This document shows, piece by piece, positions 17,711-26,808 of a DNA stretch of 64,000 bases; positions within the stretch are counted from its first letter, which is position 1; the number at the start of each line of letters is the position of its first letter. A program made the position numbers and the translations under genes. Source of the stretch: an uncultured Chloroflexia bacterium (lineage in GTDB: Bacteria; Chloroflexota; Limnocylindria; Limnocylindrales; CSP1-4); contig CAVPPQ010000020.1 of the NCBI GenBank assembly GCA_963707395.1, positions 70,021-134,020 on the forward strand, written 5' to 3'. Below the pieces are notes generated by a model. That model was not told the DNA's origin, searched no databases, and saw nothing but the letters and a program-made list of their open reading frames with translations.

Positions 17711-19648
17711 CTACCCAGCCTGGACGACCAGGCTGACCACCCCTGCCGGTGGCAGGTCCAGGACGTCCCCGACATCGTCCATGGCGACCCACGTGGAGGC
17801 ACCCGCGCCGTCACGGGTGAGCATGCGCACCTGCGTGGGACGAAGGGCCGCTGACCCGACACACATGGCGACCTGCCGACTCTCCGAACCGAGGTTGGCG
17901 AGGAGCACCCTCGAGGCGCCATCTCTGTCCCTCACGGCCAGGGCGTGGACGGGCGGCAGGCTCTCCACGGCCAACATCTCCGTGCCGGCGAGCCCGGTCA
18001 GGGCCGCCACGACGCGGCCGACGGGCAGGATCGTTCCCGGTGCGACGGGCATCTCCGGCAGGTCCCGATGGCTGGCCGCCACGAGGCCGCCCCAGCCGGC
18101 CGCTTCATGCAGGGTGAGGGCTGCGACGCCGGCCGACGCGAAGGCGGCCACGCTGCCCAGGGTCCAGGCCGCGGCGAACTCGCCCACCTGCCGCGGGTCG
18201 TAACGCCAGGGCAGTCCACCGGGTGGCGGGGGCGCCTCCGGCCCGACGAGGTCGGGATTGAAGAGCGGCCGCAGGCTGACCGGTCCCACCACGACCGGCT
18301 TGCCACCGGCCAGGGCGGCAGCCGTGCGCACGCCGGCGTCAAGCGCCTCGATGGTCTCCGCCATGCTGGCCTCGTCGAAGGCGTGGACCTGCGGGTTGGT
18401 CGGGAAGCAGACGGCGTCCACGAGGTGGCCAGGGACGCCACGCGATACGAGCTGGTACAGGTATGCCCGCGAGCCGCCCACGAATGGGGCATCCAGGCCG
18501 GCCGACTGCATCGCGGCACGGACACGCTCAGCCAGCGCTGCCGTGGTCGTGTTGCCGGCCACGTCGACCGCCATGAGCCTGGCCACGGGCGTGCCGGTCC
18601 CGGCGATGCGCGCCATGAGCCTGTCGATGGCCGGGTCGCTCGTGGAGCCGACCAGAAGGACGTCCAGCGCCGCGCCGGCAGCGGCAGCCGCGGCGGCGGC
18701 ACGGTCGATCGCGTCGAGGGCACCCCCGGATGCCGCGTCGATGCTCGCTCGCAGGTGGGCGAGCCCGATGGCACGGACCGCGTCGGCCACACGCGGATCG
18801 GGGGCCAGGTCGCCCGGCGGCTGGCAGCTGCCGATGGCCGGGAAGGTCGTGCCGGTGGCCGCGCCCAGCGCCACGACGGAGGCCTGAGCCGGGCCACCGA
18901 TGCCAGCCGTCACGGTGGCGACCCGCCCAGCGGCGAGCGGGTGGCGGACCGTGACGACCTGCCGGATGACCGTGCCGGCTTCGACCTTGAAGGGGCGCGG
19001 CATCTCCAGCGGGCGGCTGAATGTCTTGTAGGAGGCATCCGTGAAGGCCCGCTGGTCCTCGGTCTCGAAGACGTCGCCCTCGAAGCTGACGATGGTCTCG
19101 TGCGGGCTGCCGGCATCGTGCCGGATGGAGACCATGTTGCTGAACGGCATGTACTGCGTGATGAGGTCCGGGAAGCGGGCCTCCAGGGTCCCGAAGAGCG
19201 TCTCCACGGTGGTCGCCTGGCCCGCCAGGCGCGGCGGGTGCAGGACGCAGAGGCCGATGCGCGGCGTCATGAAGGCCGACCGGCAGACACCGTCGAACAT
19301 GAAGCGGACCGTGCCGTCGCTGGCCCCGGCGATGGTCCCTTGCCAGGCGACGTCGATGCTGCCGGCCTCCCGCACGCATTCCGCACGAAAGCGGACCTCG
19401 AAGGCGTCCGTGCCGATGTCGCCCTCGTAGCTGGTGAAGACGGGCTGGATGGTGGCCCAGTTGGGGTCGCGCACCGCCCCGTAGATGCCCCGCACGGTCT
19501 CCATGCCGGCCGCCGAGATCCAGCGCGCCGTGCCGTCGACGATGGTGAGGGCAGCCCCGCCTGCTGTGACGTGGATGGGCGTCTTCGGATCCAGCGAGCG
19601 GTGGGTGGACACGTTGGCCTCCAAGTGGACTACCGGTCGACCAGTCAC
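17711..19648 (-). CDS. Uncharacterised 645-aa protein with a central Ala-rich linker
   Basis: It is a long minus-strand ORF with a normal amino-acid composition. The overlapping plus-strand ORF is Arg/Gly-rich junk. I recognise no motif. Confidence 0.55.
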   Translation of the reverse strand: MTGRPVVHLEANVSTHRSLDPKTPIHVTAGGAALTIVDGTARWISAAGMETVRGIYGAVRDPNWATIQPVFTSYEGDIGTDAFEVRFRAECVREAGSIDVAWQGTIAGASDGTVRFMFDGVCRSAFMTPRIGLCVLHPPRLAGQATTVETLFGTLEARFPDLITQYMPFSNMVSIRHDAGSPHETIVSFEGDVFETEDQRAFTDASYKTFSRPLEMPRPFKVEAGTVIRQVVTVRHPLAAGRVATVTAGIGGPAQASVVALGAATGTTFPAIGSCQPPGDLAPDPRVADAVRAIGLAHLRASIDAASGGALDAIDRAAAAAAAAGAALDVLLVGSTSDPAIDRLMARIAGTGTPVARLMAVDVAGNTTTAALAERVRAAMQSAGLDAPFVGGSRAYLYQLVSRGVPGHLVDAVCFPTNPQVHAFDEASMAETIEALDAGVRTAAALAGGKPVVVGPVSLRPLFNPDLVGPEAPPPPGGLPWRYDPRQVGEFAAAWTLGSVAAFASAGVAALTLHEAAGWGGLVAASHRDLPEMPVAPGTILPVGRVVAALTGLAGTEMLAVESLPPVHALAVRDRDGASRVLLANLGSESRQVAMCVGSAALRPTQVRMLTRDGAGASTWVAMDDVGDVLDLPPAGVVSLVVQAG

Positions 19649-19721
19649 ATGATAGCGGCGCGGGGTGTGGCAGCGGTCGACGTGCGCGCAAGGGCGCGTG
19701 GTCTGCCGCTACGCTGTCGCG

Positions 19722-21206
19722 ATGGGGACTGACGCGCTGATCCTGGCCATCGACCAGGGCACCACCAATACCAAGGCCCTCCTCGTCGACCGGCGGGGCG
19801 CGATCGTAAGCCAGGCCTCCCGGCCGATGGCTGTCGACTACCCACAGCCGGGTTGGGTCCAGCAGGATGCCAGCGCCATCTGGCGAGCCGTGCGCGAGTG
19901 TGTCGACGAGTGCCTGACGGCGGCGAGCTCCCCTCCCCTGGCAGCCATCGGCATCTCCAACCAGCGCGAGACCGGCGTCGCCTGGGAGCGCGTCAGCGGC
20001 GCACCCATCGGCCCGGCGGTCACCTGGCAGTGCCGCCGTTCGGCGGACCTCTGCGAGCGCCTGCGCGCGGACGGCCGCGGGCCGCAGATCACGGCGCGCA
20101 CGGGCCTGCCCCTCGATCCCATGTTCACGGCCGGCAAGCTGCGCTGGCTGTTGGATGCGGCGCCGGACGGCCAGGTGCGGGCCGCCGCGGGTGAACTCCG
20201 CGTGGGTACTGTCGACAGCTGGTTGCTGTGGAACCTTACCGGCGGCACCACGCATGGCACTGACGTCAGCAACGCCTCGCGGACGCAGCTCATGGACATC
20301 GGCGCCGGCGGCTGGGACGCCGGCCTGTGCGAGGCCTTCGGCGTGCCGCTGGCGGCCCTGCCGCAGATCCTGCCCTCGCGAGCGGTCTTCGGCGAGTCCG
20401 TAGCCATCGGGGCGCTGCCGGCCGGTGTGCCCATCGGGGCGCTGGTCGGCGATTCGCACGCGGCACTCTTCGGTCAGGCCGGCTTCGAGCCCGGCTGCGT
20501 GAAGGCCACCTACGGCACGGGCAGCTCGCTGATGATGCCCACGAAGACCCGCCTGGAGGCCGTCGGCGGCCTCGCCTCGACCATCGCCTGGGGGCTCGAC
20601 GCCATCGTCTACGCGTTGGAGGGCAACATCTATGTGACCGGGGCGGCGGTCCAGTGGGTGGCTGATTTCGCTGGCCTGGCCGGCCCGGGCGCCGTGGCCG
20701 AGCTGGCCGCCGCGTGCCAGGACACCGACGGCGTCTACCTTGTGCCTGCCTTCGTGGGCCTTGGCGCGCCGCATTGGGATGATGCCGCGCGCGGGCTGGT
20801 GAGCGGCCTGACACGGGGCTCCAGCCTGGCACAGCTGGCACGCGCGGCCGTGGAGTCCATCGCCTACCAGGTGCGCGACGTCTTCGACGTCATGCAAGCC
20901 GCCAGCGGAGGTACCCTGCGGGTCCTGCTGGCTGACGGCGGTGTGACCCGGAATGCCGAGCTCATGCAGTTCCAGGCGGACATCCTGGGCGTACCCGTGC
21001 AGCGCAACAACACGCCAGAGCTATCGGCTATGGGAGCCGCCTACCTGGCCGGCCTGGCCACCGGCGTGTGGTCCTCCACCGACGAGATCGGCGCCTTGCC
21101 GCGCTCCGTGGACCGCTTCGAGCCGCAGCTCCCGACCGCCGCGCGCGAGCGACTCTACGGTGGGTGGCAGGAAGCACTCGCTCGAGCCACGCTGAGGTCG
21201 GCCTGA
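19722..21206 (+). CDS. FGGY-family carbohydrate kinase (glycerol/xylulose-kinase-like)
   Basis: It has the FGGY N-terminal signature (ALILAIDQGTTNTKALL), plus NQRETGVAWE and a C-terminal ADGG...GAAYLAG region. Length is about 494 aa. Confidence 0.85.
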   Translation: MGTDALILAIDQGTTNTKALLVDRRGAIVSQASRPMAVDYPQPGWVQQDASAIWRAVRECVDECLTAASSPPLAAIGISNQRETGVAWERVSGAPIGPAVTWQCRRSADLCERLRADGRGPQITARTGLPLDPMFTAGKLRWLLDAAPDGQVRAAAGELRVGTVDSWLLWNLTGGTTHGTDVSNASRTQLMDIGAGGWDAGLCEAFGVPLAALPQILPSRAVFGESVAIGALPAGVPIGALVGDSHAALFGQAGFEPGCVKATYGTGSSLMMPTKTRLEAVGGLASTIAWGLDAIVYALEGNIYVTGAAVQWVADFAGLAGPGAVAELAAACQDTDGVYLVPAFVGLGAPHWDDAARGLVSGLTRGSSLAQLARAAVESIAYQVRDVFDVMQAASGGTLRVLLADGGVTRNAELMQFQADILGVPVQRNNTPELSAMGAAYLAGLATGVWSSTDEIGALPRSVDRFEPQLPTAARERLYGGWQEALARATLRSA

Positions 21207-21461
21207 GGCTCTCGCGAGGACGCGCCCGTCAGCCCGCGACCAGCTCATCGAGACCGAGGAGCCGGATGCAGGTGTCTCGCGCTGCGGCCAGGCGCAGCCC
21301 GTCCATGAACCCCGACCGACTCACGAGCATGACCTGGGGTCGTGCCTCGACCGTGGTCACTCTGCGGCGGGCGGGCAGCTTGAAGCGCTCGATCTAGCCC
21401 AGCGCGCTGACGTCCATGGGCTTGCTGCGCCAGCGAACCTCACCCTTCGCGTTGCTCACCG

Positions 21462-21491
21462 CGGTTGGCGCTTGACGCCGACCTCTTGCGG
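21462..21491 (+). promoter_or_regulatory. Candidate sigma70-like promoter (TTGACG, 18 bp, TATCCT) upstream of transketolase pair 3
   Basis: The hexamers are read directly from the sequence. They sit in a locally AT-richer stretch about 120 bp upstream of the 21611 start. Confidence 0.3.
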
Positions 21492-21610
21492 CCGCTATCC
21501 TCTTGATGTCCATGCGATACTGAATGTATATGCAGCACATCCGTGCGACGGACACCACGGAGGAGGATGGCGCCCCTCGGGGCCGCCAGAGGGGGAGACA
21601 GCGCAGCGGG

Positions 21611-22526
21611 ATGCAGGGATCGCCCACACGGCAGGCTGTTGAGTTGCGGGCGCGCGCCACGGAGGCTCGATTGCGCGACCTGCGCATGGTCTACGAGGCC
21701 GGCCTGGGGCACATCGGGGGTGAGTTCTCAGCCCTTGACATCCTGACCGTCCTGTACCACGCGGTCCTGCGTCTCGACCCGCAGCGGCCGGACTGGCCGG
21801 AGCGCGACCGCTTCATCCTCAGCAAGGGCCACGCCGCGGCCGCCCTGTACGCGACGCTGGCCGGCGCCGGCTTCATCGACGTGGCGGAGCTGGACACCTG
21901 GTTGGCTCCGCTCTCCCGACTCAACGGGCACCCCGACCGCAAGAAGGTGCCGGGCGTGGAGACCAACACCGGCCCCCTGGGCCACGGCTTCCCGGTGGCC
22001 GTCGGCACAGCCCTGGCCGGCCAGATGGATGGTTCGAGTCGACGCACCTTCGTGCTCTGCGGCGACGGGGAGCTGCAGGAGGGCTCCATGTGGGAGGCCG
22101 CCATGGCCGGCTCGCACTTCGGCTTGGAGCGGCTGACACTCATCGTCGATCGCAACGGGCTGCAGCAGGGAGACACCACGGAGCGCACGATGCGCCTCGA
22201 TCCCCTCGCCGACCGCTTCACGGCCTTCGGCTGGGCCGTGCGCGAGGTCGATGGCCACGACCACGCCGCGCTGCTGGAGAGACTCACGGCCGTGCCCTAT
22301 CGAGCCGGGGATGCCCAGCTGCCTCATCGCGCACACGCACAAGGGCCACGGCGTCTCCTTCATCGCCGACCAGGTCGCCTGGCACCACCACGTGCCCACG
22401 GCAGACGAGTACGAGCGCGCCCGTGCGGAGCTGGAAGCGCAGCTCGTGGATGCCGAGGCGCAGCTCGCGACGCTGCGCACCCCGCCGTCAGCGGCGGCGA
22501 CCCCGGCACCGACGGTGCAGGCATGA
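21611..22526 (+). pseudogene. Transketolase N-terminal subunit, split pair 3, reading frame broken by an apparent 1-nt indel near 22295-22310
   Basis: The N-part (GLGHIGGEFSALDIL...GDGELQEGSMWEA) lies in one frame. The conserved C-terminal end of the N-subunit (PSCLIAHTHKGHGVSFIAD...EYERA) lies in another frame. The intervening stretch in the original frame is Arg/Pro-rich junk. Confidence 0.7.
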
Positions 22527-23470
22527 CCCGCTTCGATGGGGCCGCGCGACACGACTGTCGCGATGCCTTCGTCGACACCCTGCTGGACCTCGTGGCCGCC
22601 GATCCGCGCGTCGTGGCCGTCGTCAACGATTCGCTCGGCTCGACCAAGGTCACCAAGGTCGCCAAGGCTTTCCCGGAGCGCGTCATCAACGTCGGCATCG
22701 CCGAGCAGGACCTGGTGGGCATCGGCGCCGGCCTCGCCAACGGCGGCAAGATCCCCTTCGTCTGTGCCGCCTCACCCTTCCTGACCGGCCGGGCCCTCGA
22801 GCAGATCAAGGTCGACGCCGCCTACAGCGCCGCCAACGTCAAGCTGGTGGGCGTCAGCAGTGGCGTGGCCTACGGGGAGCTGGGGCCGACGCATCACTCC
22901 ATCGAGGACGTGGCCTGGACACGAGCGATCGACGGCCTGGTGGTGGTGGTGCCGGCCGACCCGCTCGAGACGAGCCAGGCCATCCGGGCCGCCTACGAGC
23001 TGGAGGGTCCCATCTTCGTGCGCACCAGCCGCATGCCCGTGCCGGACGTCCACGGCCCCGACTACCGCTTCCGCATCGGCCGGGCGGCCCTCCTGCGAGC
23101 GGGTGCCGACGTCACGCTCATCGCCAACGGCGTCATGGTCTGCCGTGCCCTGGAGGCCGCGGAGCTGCTGGCGGCCGAGGGCATCGAGGCGCGCGTCCTG
23201 GACATGGCCACGGTCAGCCCGATCGACCGTGAGGCCATCGTCGCGGCGGCGCGCGAGACGCGCGGCATCGTCACCGCCGAGGAGCACATCGTGCGCGGCG
23301 GCCTCGGAGGTGCCGTGGCGGAGGTCGTCGTCACCGAGCACCCGGTGCCCATGCGCCTGCTGGGTTTCCCGGGCTTCGCCCCGACCGGTTCCATCGACTT
23401 CCTGCTGGAGTGGGCCGGCCTCACCGCCGACGGCATGGCCCGCGCCGCTCGTGAGCTCGTGAGCGCCTGA
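22523..23470 (+). CDS. Transketolase C-terminal subunit, split pair 3
   Basis: It forms an ATGA overlap with the end of the N-subunit frame. It has GIAEQDLVGIGAGLA and a TK C-terminal domain. Length is 315 aa. Confidence 0.85.
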   Translation: MTRFDGAARHDCRDAFVDTLLDLVAADPRVVAVVNDSLGSTKVTKVAKAFPERVINVGIAEQDLVGIGAGLANGGKIPFVCAASPFLTGRALEQIKVDAAYSAANVKLVGVSSGVAYGELGPTHHSIEDVAWTRAIDGLVVVVPADPLETSQAIRAAYELEGPIFVRTSRMPVPDVHGPDYRFRIGRAALLRAGADVTLIANGVMVCRALEAAELLAAEGIEARVLDMATVSPIDREAIVAAARETRGIVTAEEHIVRGGLGGAVAEVVVTEHPVPMRLLGFPGFAPTGSIDFLLEWAGLTADGMARAARELVSA

Positions 23471-23471
23471 C

Positions 23472-24515
23472 GTGGCCCGCGTGGACGAACTGCGCCTCAT
23501 GACCCGCGTGGCAGGCCTCTACCACGACGATGGTGTGCGCCAGCCGGAGATCGCGCGGCGCCTGAGGCTCTCGCAGCCCAAGGTCTCGCGGCTGCTCAAG
23601 CAGGCCCACGAGGTGGGCATCGTGCGCATCTCGGTGCGACCACCGAGCGGCACCAATCCGGAGCTGGAGCGGGCCATCGAGAGCAGCTATGACCTCCACC
23701 AGGTGGAGGTCGTCGACATCTCGCGCGACGACGACGAGGCCGCCGTCCGGGAGCTCGGTGCGGCGGCCGCCTACCACCTCGAGACGACCGTGCGCAGCGG
23801 GGACGTCATCGGCGTGTCCTCCTGGAGCGCCACGCTGCTGGCCATGGTGGATGCCATGCACCCGGTCAACGGCGTGCGCGACACGCAAGTGGTCCAGATC
23901 CTGGGCGGCGGCGGCGATCCCGCAGCCGAAGGCCATGCCACCCATCTCGTGCGTCGCATGGCGCACCTCCTGCACGGGGAGGGCACGTTTCTGCCGGCGC
24001 CCAGCAGCGTGGGCTCGAAGGCCTCCCGGGACGTGCTCCGGGAGGACCCCTTCGTGCAGCGCGCCATGGCCCTCTGGGACGACCTGGACGTGGCACTGGT
24101 GGGCATCGGCGGCCAGGAGCCTTCCGGGTTGCTGGCCAGCAGCGGCAACGTCTTCTCTCGCGAGGAGCTGCAGACAGTGCGTGCCGCAGGCGGCATCGGG
24201 GACATCGGCCTGCGCTTCCTCTGCGGGGACGGCACGCCCGTGCGGTCGGCCCTCGACGAGCGCGTCATCGGCATCGAGCTGGAGCAGCTGAAGCGCGTGC
24301 CTCGCGCCATCGGGGTGGCCGGAGGGCCCGGCAAGACGACGGCCATCCGGGCCGCCCTGCTGGGTGGCTGGATCAACTGCCTCATCACCGACCGGTTCAC
24401 CGGCGAGCGCCTCCTGGGGCTGAGCCCCCAGGCCAGCGCGGGCGCCCGGCTGACCGGTGCAGACGGCCAGTCCAAGGAAGCGTCAACCCAACTCGCAGGA
24501 GCGGTCTTGGCATGA
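23472..24515 (+). CDS. SorC/DeoR-family sugar-binding transcriptional regulator
   Basis: It has an N-terminal HTH (QPEIARRLRLSQPKVSRLL) and a C-terminal SorC sugar-binding domain (GVSSWSATL...ALVGIGG). It starts at a GTG. Confidence 0.8.
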   Translation: MARVDELRLMTRVAGLYHDDGVRQPEIARRLRLSQPKVSRLLKQAHEVGIVRISVRPPSGTNPELERAIESSYDLHQVEVVDISRDDDEAAVRELGAAAAYHLETTVRSGDVIGVSSWSATLLAMVDAMHPVNGVRDTQVVQILGGGGDPAAEGHATHLVRRMAHLLHGEGTFLPAPSSVGSKASRDVLREDPFVQRAMALWDDLDVALVGIGGQEPSGLLASSGNVFSREELQTVRAAGGIGDIGLRFLCGDGTPVRSALDERVIGIELEQLKRVPRAIGVAGGPGKTTAIRAALLGGWINCLITDRFTGERLLGLSPQASAGARLTGADGQSKEASTQLAGAVLA

Positions 24516-25204
24516 AGCGGAAGATCAGTCCGGGTCTCGCCGTGCTCATCGGCGCGGTGGCCATCTTCGTGGTCGTGGCCGTGCTGTTCGGCTTCACGGT
24601 CATCTCCACCGAGGACGAGGCGGCACTCGATGTCCAGTTCGACCCCGTCACCTTCGTGGCCGACTCGTGGGATGAGGTGCAGACGGTCATCACGGACGAA
24701 GCCGTGCCGCTTGCCGACGTGCTCAACCGCATCACGCCCGACGCCGACGGCAAGGCCACGACCGAGGCGCTGACGCCGGTGGCGGAAGAGCTCGGGCGCA
24801 TCACGACCGGCAATGCCCACGTCTACCGGGTCACGGCCACGGGCACGGTCACCGACGTCGACACGGAGACCAGCAAGGGCACCCTGGGCATGACGATCGA
24901 CGGCTACGAGGGACCCATCGCGGTGCGCGTCTACGTGGGCTCGCGCATCCCCAGCGACAAATCCTCCATCCGCGACGCCACTGGCTTCATCGAGTTCGGC
25001 GATTTCCGCGAGCAGACCGAGTACGGCAAGGTGGCCGCGGAGATCAACAAGAAGGTCCTCGAGAATCTCGAGGCGGTCGATGTCGAGTCGCTGGTGGGCA
25101 AGCCCATCTCCGTCACCGGCGCCTTCACCCTGCGTACCCAGAACCAGCCGTCGGTCGACGTCAGCCAGGTCTCCCTGGTGCCCATCGCGGTCAGCACCCC
25201 GTGA
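24512..25204 (+). CDS. DUF2291-like membrane-anchored/periplasmic protein associated with sugar ABC transporters
   Basis: It overlaps SorC with ATGA and has an N-terminal TM/signal segment. Length is 230 aa. The family call rests on my recollection that DUF2291 proteins precede CUT2 ATPases. Confidence 0.5.
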   Translation: MKRKISPGLAVLIGAVAIFVVVAVLFGFTVISTEDEAALDVQFDPVTFVADSWDEVQTVITDEAVPLADVLNRITPDADGKATTEALTPVAEELGRITTGNAHVYRVTATGTVTDVDTETSKGTLGMTIDGYEGPIAVRVYVGSRIPSDKSSIRDATGFIEFGDFREQTEYGKVAAEINKKVLENLEAVDVESLVGKPISVTGAFTLRTQNQPSVDVSQVSLVPIAVSTP

Positions 25205-26808
25205 CGACGGTCCTGGAGCCCCAGATCGTGGCCGAGCCAGCGGTGACCGCTCACGTGCCCATGCGCGCCGAGCACATCACGAAGGTCTTCCCGGGCACCA
25301 CGGCCCTCGATGACGTGAGCTTCGACGTGTTCGCCGGACAGGTGAACGTGCTCGTGGGCGAGAACGGCGCCGGCAAGTCGACGCTGATGAAGATCCTGGC
25401 CGGCGTGGAGCAGCCCACCTCGGGGCGCGTGCTCATGGACGGCGAACCCGTCGAGCTGCCCAGCGTCACGGCCGCCGCGCAGCACGGCGTGGGCATCATC
25501 TTCCAGGAGCTCAACCTCTGCGCCAACCTGTCGGTCCTGGACAACCTCTTCCTGGCCCAGGAGCTGGTGCGCGGCGTGGCCATCGACCGCAGGGCCGAGC
25601 GGGAGAAGGCACGCCAGCTGCTGGCGCGCCTGGAGCAGGACATCGATCCGGATGAGCTGGTCAGCAACCTGCGCATCGGCCAACAGCAGATCGTCGAGAT
25701 CGCCAAGGCCCTCACCCACGACGTGCGCGTCCTCATCATGGATGAGCCCACCTCGGCCCTCTCGCAGGCGGAGGTGCAGGGCCTCTTCCGCATCATCCGC
25801 GATCTCAAGTCGCGCGGTGTCTCCATCGTCTACATCTCGCACAAGCTGGAGGAGCTGCTCCAGGTCGGCGACCGCATCACGGTCCTGCGCGACGGTCGTG
25901 TGGTGGCCCACGCGGAAGCGGCCGACGTTGACGTGCCCTGGATCATCGAGCAGATGGTGGGCCGCTCTGCGGCCTCGTTGTTCGCCCGGAGCGAACGTCA
26001 GATGGGCGAGACCCTGCTGCGCGTCGATGACGTGACCCTGCCGCGCCTGGGTGGGGGCTACCTGCTCGAGCACGTCTCCCTGCAATTGCACGCCGGCGAG
26101 ATCCTGGGGCTCTATGGCCTGATGGGCGCCGGTCGCACCGAGCTCATGGAGGTGCTGGCAGGCGTCCGTCCGGAGGCCAGCGGCGAGGTCTGGATCGGCG
26201 AGCGGCGCCTCGACGGCGCCAGCGTCGCGGACCGCATCGAGGCCGGCATCGTGCTGGTGCCCGAGGATCGCAAGACGGACGGCCTGGTGCCCACGCTATC
26301 GGTGGCCCACAACATGGTGCTGGCCAGCCTGCGGCGCTACCTCAACCGCTTCTTCCTGTCACGGAGCCAGGAGCGCACTGCCGTCGAGCAGATGATCGCC
26401 GACCTCTCCGTGCGCGTCTCCAGCCCCACCGCCAGCATCGGCTCGCTCTCGGGCGGCAACCAGCAGAAGGTCGTGGTGGCCAAGGGCCTTCTGACCGCAC
26501 CCAAGGTCCTGCTGCTGGATGAGCCCACGCGCGGCATCGACGTGGGCGCCAAGTCGGAGATCTTCCAGATCATGAGCCGCCTGGCCAGCCAGGGCTACGG
26601 CATCCTCTTCGTCTCCTCTGAGCTCAAGGAGGTGCTGGCCATGTCCGACCGCATCCTGGTGCTCTCGAAGGGCGCCGTGGTGGCCGAGTTCGAGGGCCAA
26701 CGCGCGACGGAGAAGGAGCTCGTCGACGCCTCGGCCGCCGGGCACGGCCCGGCCCGTCCAGCCAGCCAGCCATCGTCCCAGGCCCCAGCCACCACCGAGG
26801 TGATCTAG
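25201..26808 (+). CDS. Sugar ABC transporter ATP-binding protein with duplicated NBDs (CUT2)
   Basis: It has Walker A sites GENGAGKST and GLMGAGRTE and two LSGG motifs. Length is 535 aa. It forms a GTGA overlap upstream. Confidence 0.9.
   Translation: MTTVLEPQIVAEPAVTAHVPMRAEHITKVFPGTTALDDVSFDVFAGQVNVLVGENGAGKSTLMKILAGVEQPTSGRVLMDGEPVELPSVTAAAQHGVGIIFQELNLCANLSVLDNLFLAQELVRGVAIDRRAEREKARQLLARLEQDIDPDELVSNLRIGQQQIVEIAKALTHDVRVLIMDEPTSALSQAEVQGLFRIIRDLKSRGVSIVYISHKLEELLQVGDRITVLRDGRVVAHAEAADVDVPWIIEQMVGRSAASLFARSERQMGETLLRVDDVTLPRLGGGYLLEHVSLQLHAGEILGLYGLMGAGRTELMEVLAGVRPEASGEVWIGERRLDGASVADRIEAGIVLVPEDRKTDGLVPTLSVAHNMVLASLRRYLNRFFLSRSQERTAVEQMIADLSVRVSSPTASIGSLSGGNQQKVVVAKGLLTAPKVLLLDEPTRGIDVGAKSEIFQIMSRLASQGYGILFVSSELKEVLAMSDRILVLSKGAVVAEFEGQRATEKELVDASAAGHGPARPASQPSSQAPATTEVI

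Noticed and set aside
17945-19732. 595-aa plus-strand ORF
   Set aside because: It is antisense to the 645-aa minus-strand gene and is Arg/Gly-rich junk. The minus frame has a balanced composition.
18528-20897. 789-aa minus-strand ORF
   Set aside because: It overlaps the FGGY kinase in antisense. It is extremely Arg/Gly/Pro-rich low complexity. The plus-strand frame carries clear FGGY signatures.
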